Made by a program: the position numbers and the translations under genes | Notes under the pieces: model-generated | The model's database searches: none | The model's input: the letters and a program-made list of their open reading frames with translations, nothing else | What the model was told of the DNA's origin: nothing | Shown here: positions 1-11,900 of the stretch, one piece after another | Layout of the letters: the number at the start of each line of letters is the position of its first letter | Numbering within the stretch: the first letter of the stretch is position 1 | Source: Ministeria vibrans ATCC 50519 | Lineage: Eukaryota > Protista > Filasterea | NCBI GenBank assembly: GCA_943704425.1 | Contig: CALSCP010000141.1 | Coordinates: forward strand, 9,567 to 73,566 | DNA length: 64,000 nucleotides | Direction of reading: 5' to 3'

Positions 1-3000
1 GAAGCCTTTGGCAATGCGCGCACCCTGCGCAACGGCAACTCGTCGCGCTTTGGCAAGTACATGGACATGCAGTTCAACTATGCAGCCGAGGCGGTCGGCG
101 GCGAGATCACATCGTATCTCCTTGAGAAATCACGCGTGGTCTTTCAGGTACTGTGTCGGTTTCCTGTCTACCCTTTCCTTCATTGACAAGACGCGTGTTG
201 TGTGTGTATGTGTGTGTCTGTGTGTTTTGTTTCTTCTTCTTTTTCTTCTTCTCTATTTCCTTTAGGCTGAGGGCGAGCGCTCCTTCCACATGTTTTATTA
301 TCTTCTGGCTGGCGCCGAAGAGGGGCTACTTGACTTTTTGGGACTGCAGCGAGACGCGGGCGCCTACCAGCTGCTGTCGCGGTCGGGCAGTCACCTGATC
401 GATCAGCAGGATCACGACGCGGGCATGTTCCGGCGCCTCATCAAGAGCTGTCAGGCTGTCGGGTTCAGCTCCGAGAGCGTCCAGATGCTTCTTGAATTGA
501 CTGCGGCCATTCTACACCTGGGCAACGTTGAAGTGGCGGAGGAGACAACAAGTGACGGTAACGACTACGTCTTCATTCGGCCCAGCGACTCCTTCGGCCA
601 CGCCGCCGCCCGTCTCTGCATCACCCCCGAGCAGCTCGCTACTGCCTTCACCCGTCGCACTGTCTCTAGCTCAGGCGAGTCCTTTCTTGTCTCGCTCACC
701 CTTGATCAGGCCATATTTGCTCGCGGGAGCATGTGCAAAGCCATCTACGAGCGCATGTTCAAGTACCAAAACAAGAATTATACTAATAATAATAATAATA
801 TTAATAATAATTATTATTATAATAATAATAATAATAATAATCATAATAATAATAATAATATTAATAATAATAATAACAATAATAACAATAACAATAATAA
901 TAATAATAATAATAATAACAATAATAATATAACAATAATAATAATAAGAACAATAATAATTTTATTTTGCGCTTGCTCACGAAATGTTCTGTCGTCTTTC
1001 TAGACTGATTGTACACACTATCAACCGCAAGATCAAAGTAGACCCGTCCGTGTGTGTGCCGTCGGACGTGCGTCGTTTGGGCGTGCTTGACATCTATGGT
1101 TTTGAGGTGTTTCCCGCCAATGCATTTGAGCAGCTCTGTATCAACTACTGCAACGAGAAGCTCCAGCAGGTATCTTTTTCTACCATTGTTAACTTTTTCC
1201 ACCTTATAACGCCCTGTCTTATTATACATACAATACTATTATTTATGGGCAACCTATTCACTCACACGCATCTCCGCTTCCCCTCGTCACACTATAGCTG
1301 TTTGTTTCGCTGACGATTGAGCGGGAACAACAGCTGTACATCTCGGAAGGACTGGACTGGGTCCAGATCGACTATTTCAACAACAAGGCCATCTGTGCGC
1401 TCCTTGAGAACACGCCCAATGGCATCTTTCCGACGCTCGACGAGCAGGGACTGCTGCAAAACGACAGCGACACCGTCTTCCTGGAGGAGCTCACGTCGCG
1501 TAACCAAAACGACCCGCACTATGAGACGCGCAAGGGAAACAACAAAGAGTTTACTGTCCATCACTATGCCGGCGCAGTCACGTATCAAGTAAGTACATTC
1601 ACACACTCACACACTAAGCACACACACTAAGCACACATTTAAACATACATCGAGCATCGTTGGGTCTCTCACACTCCTCCTTTTTTTAGATCGAAGGGAT
1701 GATCCGCAAGAACAACGATACACTGTTCAAGGACATTTCGCGTGCGATGTTCCGCTCTAGCAATGCCACGGTCTCGTCACTCTTCCCCGAGGGCGGTTTC
1801 TCCGACGCCGAGCTGATGAAGCGCCCCGTGGGCGCCGCCATTCAGTTCAAGCGGTCCATCAACGAATTGCGCGCTAACATTGCGTCAAAGCAGCCCCACT
1901 ACATCCGCTGCGTCAAACCCAATGACGACCAGGCCCCCCACACCTTTGATTGGACCACCATTGCCATGCAGGTCAATAATAACTGGACGTTGTGTGTGTG
2001 TGTGTGTGGCTCGGTCTGATTCTTCAAAAAATTGTCTTTAGGTGCAATATTTGGGCATGCTTGAGAATGTGCGAGTGGCGCGTGCGGGGTTCGCCTTTCG
2101 CGAGGACACAACCTGGTTTGAGATGCGCTACCGCTGCTTGTGCATTCCTCGCCTCTTCCCCCGCACTCCCGCACACATGACATCCGCAGAGGCAGTTGCG
2201 CTGATTCTACACGAAGCCAAGGTACAAGAAGGAAAAAAAAATAGTATCATTATTCTTAATTATTATTGTGATTGTTGCTTTTTTGTGTGTGTGTGATGGG
2301 GTGCGTTAGATTCCGAGCAGCGCGTATGTGGTTGGACGCACCAAGGTGTTCTTCCGTGAGCCACAGCACATTGAGCAGCTTGAACGACTGCGCGACAAGA
2401 CCCGCCCCTACATGGTCCGCCTCATCCAGCCTTTCTACCGTGGCTGGAGAGTGCGCCGTGAGTACTGGAAGGTTTGCTAACAGTTCATTTCTGAAAGCAC
2501 GCTCACTCAACTCTGTTTTTTTTTTTTTTTTTTTTTTTTTTCACCAGATGAGACGTGCGGCAAGAACGATCCAAGTGGCTTGGAAAGTGCGTCGCTACCT
2601 CCCTATCTACGAGCCTATGCGAGTGCTCTACCACGTAAGCACAGCGTCGTTGAGAGTACATCTCTTCCTGCCTCACTACTGAACATCCACTCCCTCTGTG
2701 TAGGCGTACCTTGCATTCACCAAGCTTGGCAAGCTGAAAGAGGCTTACATGGAGCCTAACGAGTGGACCAAGCCCAACGAGGCCGAGTTTATCACGCAAA
2801 ATGCAGTACCGCGAGTGGCCGCCTACACCATCCAATGGTATTTCGTCGCCATGCGTGCCCCGTGCTCACCCGCACCACACTGACTTGGTTTTTGTAGGGC
2901 GTGGCGTAGGTACAAGATGCGTCTGATGGTGAAGCACATGCTTATGCACATGCGCAGCACCCGTCGGCTTGGATGGGTCAAAGGCAACAAGACAGGTATC

Positions 3001-4857
3001 TCATTTAAGCAATTCCTTGTTAGCATTAAAATTTCTGATTGTGATTGTGTTTGTGTCTTAGAAATGGAGTCGTGGCCCGACGCGTGCGGTCCGCGAGGGC
3101 AAACCTTTTTGACGCTGATGCAAACGCGATTTGCGCTTTGGAGCGCACGTGAGTATCGTCGCGCGTGCACTGTGCAGCAACAGGCTATGCTGATCCTCAA
3201 GGCACAGTGCAGGTACGCACTCAGAAAGTGCATTGAACATTTATTAACGCACTTCTTTTTTCAGCGATCTCTTTCTTGGGAATAAGGCCAATTACTACCG
3301 ATCTATCAACAAAGTGTTCCGACCCAACTCGTTCAACATCAAAGAAGAGAAAAACTATCGCAAATGGGAGAAACTTTTTCCGGTAGGTGGATACGAAAAG
3401 GTCCACTTTGCGAACATAGTCGTCAAAATCAAACGGTAAACACACGTCTCACTCTCTCGATGTCACTTTGTTTCTCGTTTCTTCTATATCCTTTTGTCTC
3501 TCTCTCTATCTATCTATCACTTTGTTTCTCCTTCTCTCTCTCTCTCTCTCTATCACTTTGTTTCTCCCTCCTTTCTCTCTCTCTCTCTATCACTTTGTTT
3601 CTCCCTCCTTTCTCTCTCTCTCTATCACTTTGTTTCTCCTTCCTTTCTCTCTCTATCACTTTGTTTCTCCCTCCTTTCTCTCTCTATCACTTTGTTTCTC
3701 CCTCCTTTCGCTCTCTATCACTTTGTTTCTCCCTCCTTTCTCTCTACTCTCAAACTTTCCGTCTTTTAGGTCCGACTTTAAGCGCCACAGTCGCATCCTC
3801 ACAATGACCAACAAGCACTGTATGTCACCATGCTGATTTTTTCCCTTGCCTTCACTACTTCCTCACTATTTCCTCCTCTCGTTAGTGTACATTCTCGATC
3901 CGTCATTCAAAGTCAAAGCAACGATTCCCTTTGACGCCGTTAGCGAAGTCAGTGTCAGTCCTTATCAAGTACGATATTCATTAATGAAGTGAGTGTGCAA
4001 CTGATTCTATTTCATTGTAATTCTCAGGATAATGTGTTTGTGCTGCATTTGGACATGAAAGAAATGCACGGCAACCAGGAGCGCAAAGGCGATTTTATGT
4101 TCATGTCCGACGTACGCACACATGCACAATAGTTTTATTATATAAATTACTCGTTGTCTCACGGTGTTTTTTGGTGATAGGAACTCTGTGAGATTATTAC
4201 CAAATTAAGCATGCAATATAAGTTTGCAACGCGCTTCCAGCTCAAAATCAACTTCTCGAAAGTCATCTCAGTACGGCTGAAGCCCCCCAACTTTAAACGG
4301 ATCCGCTTCAGTCTCAGCCGTACTACTCACGTACGCACTCATACACAACAAAGGAAACAATTATTAGTACTAATTATTAATATTTTTGGTATTACTCTTT
4401 TTGCTACGTGTGTGTGTGTGTGTGTGCAGGTGAGCTCGTTTATCAACAAAGCAGGCGACATGGAAATGGTCTGTCCTGACACGGCCGAACACATCCTGGC
4501 TGCTGACCGTGACACGCTTCGCCGCACCCGCTCCAACGTAGGACACGACGTTTCACCCCTCGTATCCGTTTTTTTTTTTGCTCACTTTTTGATGTTCCTG
4601 TTGTTTAGGAGGCAGTCATTACCAACGGGGCGTTTGCGCGCAAAGTACCGATGGAGCGCTACGACTCGGTGGTTGGCGATATTGCGGATCTCATGAACGA
4701 ACAGCAGTACGCTCGTTTTATGGAGGTACACGAACGAAAGGACCAGGAGTGACGAATATCTTTTTTTTTTCACCTTCTCTTTTTTCTCTGATTTTAGACT
4801 GGAACCCTTCCGCGAAACTTTGAATTCAAGACTACCGAAGATGCACTTCTCGAATAG
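1..4857 (+). CDS. MYO1: Class I myosin (5'-partial, ~18 introns): motor, IQ motifs, TH1 tail
   Basis: Spliced translation gives [20 protein letters not shown] (switch I), LDIYGFE (switch II), [50 protein letters not shown]-like [12 protein letters not shown], and a basic TH1-like tail ([19 protein letters not shown]). Stop TAG at 4855-4857. All introns are GT-AG. Confidence 0.93.
778..960. repeat. (AAT)n microsatellite in myosin I intron
   Basis: Long imperfect AAT/AAC run between donor 763 and acceptor 1003. It produces the spurious poly-N and poly-I ORFs. Confidence 0.95.
3462..3745 (+). repeat. Intronic minisatellite, core CTATCACTTTGTTTCTC, ~8 copies
   Basis: Tandem ~31-37 bp units with variable (CT)n spacers in the myosin I intron at ~3436-3769. 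Confidence 0.92.
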
Positions 4858-4928
4858 TACACACATACGAAGATGAATTAGAACAAAAAAAAACAAACAA
4901 AATAAGTAACAAAACAAAAAATTCAAAG

Positions 4929-6267
4929 TTAGACTGCAATGTAAAGAGAAAAGGTTGTTGGAGTGGCGGTTATGACGGCGAGTAAACCGAGAGAGGAGGT
5001 AAGGGCAGTGACGTCGGATAGGGGCGCAGGGAAGGCCGAGCGGAGAACAAAGGCTTCGACGCCTTGCCATAGGTAGAGGGGTGACGCGGAAGAAGCGGCG
5101 ACAAGAAGGAATTGAGCGGTGGGAGAGGCAGGAAGAGCGAGCACACGCGAGGCGGACGTGAGTGTCGTGACGGCACTGCCAACCGTGTTGATGCGGTTAC
5201 TGCTCCGATCAAAATGGTACGCTTGTGAGGCAACGTCATTGCTGCTTGAGGGCGCAGGGCTCGTCCAAAGGTACAGTTGGTCGTCGGCATAGACAAAGTC
5301 AATGTGCATCGGTGCATTGGTGGCGCCCTGCTCGCCCGCGTTCACCAGGGTCGTCAGAGCGCGCTGGGCGAGCACGCTTGCGGCATCCGTCACCTCCAGC
5401 ACTGTCAGCGATTTGCCCGAGACCACCGCAATAAATTGCTGGCCACCACTGGTGGGCGGTGCAACAACCACACGAGCGCCCACAGGCGCGGAAATGGTGC
5501 TTGCGGTTGGCGTCAGATTTGTCGAGGAGACGCTAAGAATGGTGAGGGACTCGCTATAGGACGCCTCGCAGGTGTTCGAGCGTGTTGACGACACTACCAA
5601 GTACGTGTTTGCTCCTGAGGGAGTGTGAAACGACGTTACGTCGGTGGCGCCTGCAACAACACGTGTCACAACCGACGTGAGCGTCTTGGGTGTGGTGTTC
5701 CACTTCCACAGCGTCACAATGTTGCCTTGGCACGCAGACACACTGCCTGTTGTCGCCACGTAAGTGGCGGTGCCACTTGTAAACACATGCAAGCTGGTAA
5801 TATTCCCGTGGACACCGGCCTCGTGTGTGAGTGTCGACACAACCACAGGCGAAGCGGAACCGTCCAGCTTGGCCTTCACCACCGAGTGTCTGCTGGGCTT
5901 GCTGGCGAGCTGCTCAACCACCACGAAGTACACGTCGCGCGACGACGTTGACGTGCCCGCGGTGCCCGTTTCGGCCGTGCTCTCAAGCGCACCCACAAGA
6001 ACGCTGGCGCTGCTGTCCATGCTGAGCGAGGCGCGCGTCGCTGTCCACACTTGGCCAAATCCTTTGGTCACTTTCGCCGGCGTCGCCTGCATCGCTTGCG
6101 TCACCAACTTGGGCAACTGTACGCTGGCAAGGTCGTCCATGTCATTCACGAGTTTCGCGACCTGTGCCGCGGTGACTGCTTTGTCTGTGCCGTCAAACGA
6201 GACAGTGCCTGTAAGAAGAAAAAAAAAGAATGGCAGAAGTAAAAGAGCGAAGATCAAAAGAGTTATA

Positions 6268-6300
<33 letters not shown>

Positions 6301-6846
6301 CGAACATTATTTTTGGCTGACAGTGATTGGCATGGGGCTCATGATCAGCATCCGACGTTGAGGGCGAGGGTGGCATGCCATAAGTAGTGCTTCAGGAGCT
6401 GTTTATAAAAACGAGAAAACTGAAACCGCAGAGACGCATCCCAAATCGGGAACATGAAACCACGACTGTTCGCCGTTCGCGATGCAGCGGAACGCGCTTC
6501 GCATTCCCCCCACAGAGGGTGAGCAAAAGAAGAGGGAGTGGGGGTTGGGAGGTAGAGGGGGGAAAGGAAGACAGCGTTCGGAGGGTGCAGGAGGGGGAAG
6601 GTGGAAGATAAACACCACAGCTCACGCGCCACTCAGCATCAAACTCCATCGACCAGGTGCATTTTCACCGTCGTATTATAAGGAAACCATGGTGTTACCA
6701 TCCACAAACAGGTCGGACGGCACTTTGGTCTTGGCGTCGGGCGACTCAACCACCAGAGCCCCATTGCGAGGCACAATGCCCGAGTTGAGGCGCGCACTCT
6801 GCACCAGCGAGATGCTGGCCATGGCAATGAGGAGTGGCACGCGCAT
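4929..6846 (-). CDS. Secreted protein with degenerate EAR/EPTP-like beta-propeller repeats
   Basis: Exon 1 (6846-6699) encodes signal peptide MRVPLLIAMASISLVQSA. It splices in phase 1 to exon 2 (6208-4929). Beta-rich repeats such as GATDVTSFHTPSGANTYLVVSS resemble EAR/EPTP repeats. Confidence 0.6.
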
Positions 6847-6969
6847 TGTGTACGATAATGATCAAAAAAATATAATTTTTTCTCAAAAAGGAGATGAGTT
6901 CGTAGTTATGAACAAATGAAAAGGTTCTATTTTACTGATCTCGTTTGACTGACAAATGCACGCAACCCT

Positions 6970-8356
6970 TCAGATAAAGCGTGTCCCTTCAGAGGTCGGC
7001 TCAACAACTCTGTGCACATTGGTCTTCTCCTTGGGTGCCACAAACGCATCCTTGCGTTCGCGCAGCACTCGCATCGTCTCTGCATCGCTTGTGTCCGCCG
7101 ACACCCCACAGTAGGCGCGCACAGCACTCTCACGCAACCGCATAAACGGATTGATCTGCTTTTCCAGCCCAATTGCCGAAGGAATTGAGGGACTCGAGAG
7201 GTCCAGCTGCTGCTTCACCAGGTCAATCGTCGTCTTGACCGACTCATTGTCCGGCTCGACCTCAGCGGCAAAGCGCAAATTCGATAGTGTATACTACCGC
7301 CCACAAACCAAAAGAGTGTCAGCCAAGCGGCGATCGATGTAGTAGTGACTCTCACCTCGTGACCTGGATACACGGCTGTGGTGTCGGGCAGGGACGCGAG
7401 CGTCTCGTTTAGCGACTTGTTCATTTGCTCGCCAGTCCCTTCAAAGAATCGCCCACAGCCCCCCATAAACATTGTATCGCCCGTAAAGACGGCGCTCATG
7501 GCGAGTTCTTTGGTGCCGGGAATGTGATAGCAAATGTCGCTCGTAGTATGACCGGGTGTTGACAGTGCCTCAATCTCAAGAGAGCCCAGCTAAAGAATAA
7601 TCATTTTATACGAGCAACGCATCGTGCCCAACGCAAATACACGACACACAGACACGTGCACCCGACCACCCGCCCACCCACCCACACAGACACACACTCA
7701 GCACACTCAGCACACCAAGCACACGCACCAACACATCACACACTCTCTCTCTCACTCACACACACTCACCACTCACCACTCACCACTCACCACTCACCAC
7801 TCACCACTCACTCACTACTCACTCACCACTCACTCACCACCCGCTCACTCACTCAAGCCCGCACACAGACGGACCATTCACCCTCATCCATCCAATCCAT
7901 TTCTCACCATGAATCTGTCGCCGTGCTTCAAAGGATGATTCAAGCCTGGAATGCGAGAATCGCCACCGTACACCTTCAGCGTGGGATTCTTCATGCGGCT
8001 GATGAAGACCTCGTTGACGCCGCAATGGTCATTGTGGCAGTGTGTCGAGAGGATCGCCTTGACGTTGAAGCCCTTCTCAGCGACGATGCCCAGCACCTAC
8101 AACGGAGTCAAGACACCGCACAACACACGCCCACCCCTCCCCCTCCTCTCCTACCTCTGTGGCGTCGTGGGCATCAACCAGCGCCGCATCGTACGTCGCC
8201 GTATCCACAAGAATGTACGAGTAGTTGTCTGTGATCATTCTCGTGTCATTCCCTCTCGGTCCATCACGTCACGCAAATACCTCTCAAGACACCCACTACA
8301 TAGACGGAGAACCGCCGCATCACGGCTTCCGAGGCTGTTGTTGCAATCTTCAACAT
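6970..8356 (-). CDS. HAGH: Hydroxyacylglutathione hydrolase (glyoxalase II)
   Basis: Five exons give DNYSYILVD, THCHNDH metal motif, TPGHT, FTGDTMFMGGCGRFFEG, PGHEYT and EKQINPFMR. Confidence 0.93.
7763..7836. repeat. (CACTCAC)n heptamer array in HAGH intron
   Basis: About 7 perfect CACTCAC copies followed by degenerate copies. Confidence 0.85.
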
Positions 8357-8621
8357 GTCGAAAACGAATAAAAAAAGTGAACTCATCACTATTCACTAAT
8401 CGTACTTCTTTTGCTTTTTCTTTTTGTCAATAATGCGATTGTGAATCGAGAGTTAGTTAGTCCATTATAAAATATGAGTTGTCACAGGAAGAGGGAAGTC
8501 AATAGTCAGCTCACTCAACAAGAGGATACACAAACACTCAATACCGATGAAAAACGGAAACACAATAAGTTCATGGAATCTATTATATTAATACTCATAT
8601 GTCCCTCTCCTCTCCACATTG

Positions 8622-8921
8622 TTACAAAGACGAGCCAAGCGCATCGCCCGTTGGGCTCGTCGTCGTCGTGCGCATCATCGACTTTGGCCGTTTCTGCGAG
8701 CGACGACTCGACAAACTCCCCGCCTGTGGACCCTACCAAAACAACACGATCAGAATCAAATCTTAGACGTCCTCTCTCCTCAACCATACTTCAAGGTTCC
8801 GACTGAGTTCCATGAGCAAGTCTTCATCGTCAATGGCCACCACCATTGAGTGGTACTGTACAAGCCCTTTGCGCATTCGTTCCCGGCGCCAAATCCCTTT
8901 CAGCGTCCGGTCCTCACCACT

Positions 8922-8962
<41 letters not shown>

Positions 8963-11900
8963 AAGTTGAGACTTGCGAAAACAAAGTTACACCTTCGCTC
9001 TACCTCTTGTCAATCAAATGGCTCTCTTGAAAAAGAGTCATCTGGTGTGCCCGCACATCGCTCACCAGTCGCGTCAGCATCCGCAGCAGATCCACATTCA
9101 CCAGCCCATCCTTACGCACTTTGTTCCCCTACGCCAACACACACACACATATATATCAGAGCCAATACGCTCATTCATATATCACATATCATCACAAAAG
9201 AGAGAGAGGGAGAGAGAAACAAAAATGAATAATATGAATTGACATTCGACATCACATTCACTGTACTATTCTTCTCTCTTCTCTTTTCTCTTCCNNNNNN
9301 NNGGGGAGGGGGGGGATAAAGTGATGAAGAGAGAGAAACAAGAGGAGAGGAAAAAAAAAATGAATGGTGTACCTCTTTGAGAAAGTAGAGGTCTTTGAGG
9401 ACGAGCGGAAAGAAGGGTACAAGGGGTCCTGTGGCAGCACGCACAGCCGCCCGGTACACACCCATGTTGCGCGACGGATTCATCAGCTGCTCCAGCACCT
9501 CCAGTGGACGCGTGTACTTGGGCGTGATGCGCTCCCACGTTTCCTTCAGCCGTCGCACCGCAGTCGACGACAGTCCGCTAAGCACTGCAAACAGAGAAAG
9601 GTAGTCTCCCAAGTCGCTCAGTCGTTTCGCCAGCTTGACAAACAGTCGGATGAGCTCACAGCGCTTCGAACGACTTTGTTCCGTTACAATCTCAGTCACC
9701 ACCCAGCGTGTCAGATGATTGAATCGCTCCGCAAACGCATCCAAGTGCTGTGTTTGCCGCTTCAGACGCGCTCTGCCTCGCTCCTTCTGCCGCTCCTTCT
9801 CCTGCCCTGTGTCTTCGCCGTCCTTCTCTTCCTCCTCATCGCTCCCTTCGCTGTCCTCGTCGTCGCTGTCCGTCTTGAGTGCACAATCAAACAGCTTGCA
9901 GACAAACTCACGCGGACGAATCGTCGCCAACTGGGCATGTCCACTGCGCACCAGATGCCGCGCAATCTCACGGTAGTCAAAGGACAGCAAAGAGGGAAGT
10001 GGGTCGTGATGAGGCAGCTCCTGTGACATGGCACGCGCCATCAGCGACGACGCGCTGCTCGAAAAAAAGGGCGTGGGCACCGGCAACTTCTCAAAGCCCG
10101 GTTTGCGACGCAAGTAGTAACGGGCATTCAGTGGCAACGACTGTGCCAGCGACGACGCAAGCAGTTCATCGACTACGTCCACTTGCCCCGAATAGTGCAC
10201 CATCACTAGCTCGTGGTCGTGCGTCTGCTCTTCCGTCAGTCCTTGTCGCTCGAGCACTGCCGCCACAAGCACGGGGGCCACACAGCGCGGCCACAGCGGG
10301 ATAAAGTGGCTCGTCAGGTCTGGATTGTACACCCGCACCACGTCAATACCCGACTCTTCGTCCGACGCAGTTGTCACCGGTGTTCGTCTCGCTTCGCCCC
10401 CTCCCACCTTGAGCACCACTTCTTCCACATCGGTCGAGTCGGGGGTAACCACGCGCTTAATCTCTGAGAAGCTCGTGCGCTCCGCGCCCTTGAGTTCCGG
10501 TCGCGGTGACGGTCGCGGACTACCAACGCTGCCACCACCACCACCCGAATTCACACTGTCGCTCTTGGTCTCGCCCGCCACGTCAATATCGTCATCAAGT
10601 ACACGGTGTGCCTGGTCGCCACTGTGCTGCACCAGTTTGAGCTGCGAGGCGCGAAAGATGAGCGAGCGCGACAAACTGCCGCGACGCATCAGACCACCGC
10701 CGGTGCGCATCGAATCACCACCACCCTTGTCCGTCGCTCCACTCAACAAACGCGGACGGGCACGGCTCAGCAAAGGCGATACGAATGTGGCCACGGCCGG
10801 GCGTGGCGCTAAAGAAGATGTTGTTGTAGTGGTGGGCGACGACGCAAGCGCCCCCGTCTCGTCCATCACATCATCTTCGGAGTTCACCGACGAGACACTG
10901 TGTCGCTTGCGCGCATGTCGCATGGCATCAGCGCCTCCGCGGTCGCGGCCAATAGGAATGCCAGCCGATGGCGTCCCCCGAGAAGATGGTGACGGTGAAG
11001 TTGCGCGAACATTCTCACGTGGAGCGTCGCGGCTCTCGAGATTGGGAGACTTGATGAGGTGCGACGACGACGACAGCGTCGACTGGTTCGATGGTGTACG
11101 AAGCGCCACTGTGTGTTTGGCTGCTAGGAGTGGCGAAGACGCCGGCGGGTCGGGGGTGGGTGGAGGTGTGACCGAGCGACGTCGACGGCGAAGAAACTTG
11201 GGCAAACTCCACTTGGACGACTTGTGGGGTGACGACTCTTTCTCGTGCGGTGAGCGCTCGAGCTGTGCCGCAAACGTGACCACTGCCGTCTTTTCGGGCT
11301 CGGCGCTCACCAGATGCTCGCGCGGAATCTCGATCGTATCCAAAGGCGGTGACGAAGGCTGCAAAGGACTCGGAGACTGTCTCGCATGATGCTGATCACT
11401 GCCGTCGCTGTAGCGTCGCACGACGCCTTGTCGCTGCGACCCAGGCGAGTTTCCTCGAGGCAACAACGAGGCATCAACGCCTTGCGGACTGATGCTGCCG
11501 CCGCCAGCATACAGCGACGGTGATGACGACGCCTGTGCCGTGCCCTGACGTCGCAACCGTTCAACGACGGCAGCGCGCTCACTCTCGCTCAGCGCAGGTT
11601 CGACACCAAAAAGCGACATCATGGCCGCCGAGGTGGGCATCGCACCGAGACGAACGGGCGTAGCACTCACGACACGCAACTGCGCACGCAGCTCCGCCAC
11701 GTCGATCACGTCGACAGGCGTCAGTTCGGACACTCGATCAACGACACGAGCGAATCGCTCGGCGACTCCGGGGGCGACAAAGTCCTCGGGATATTCCCAC
11801 AGCCACTTTTTCAGCAGCGATACCACCTTGGTGAGGTTTTCGGGCACGTGTTCGTAGAGCGCGTCGGCAAAATCGCACGACTCGGTGTGCATGGGAAGTG

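Noticed and set aside
528-1229. Poly-N, poly-I and poly-Y ORFs
   Set aside because: Translations of the intronic (AAT)n microsatellite.
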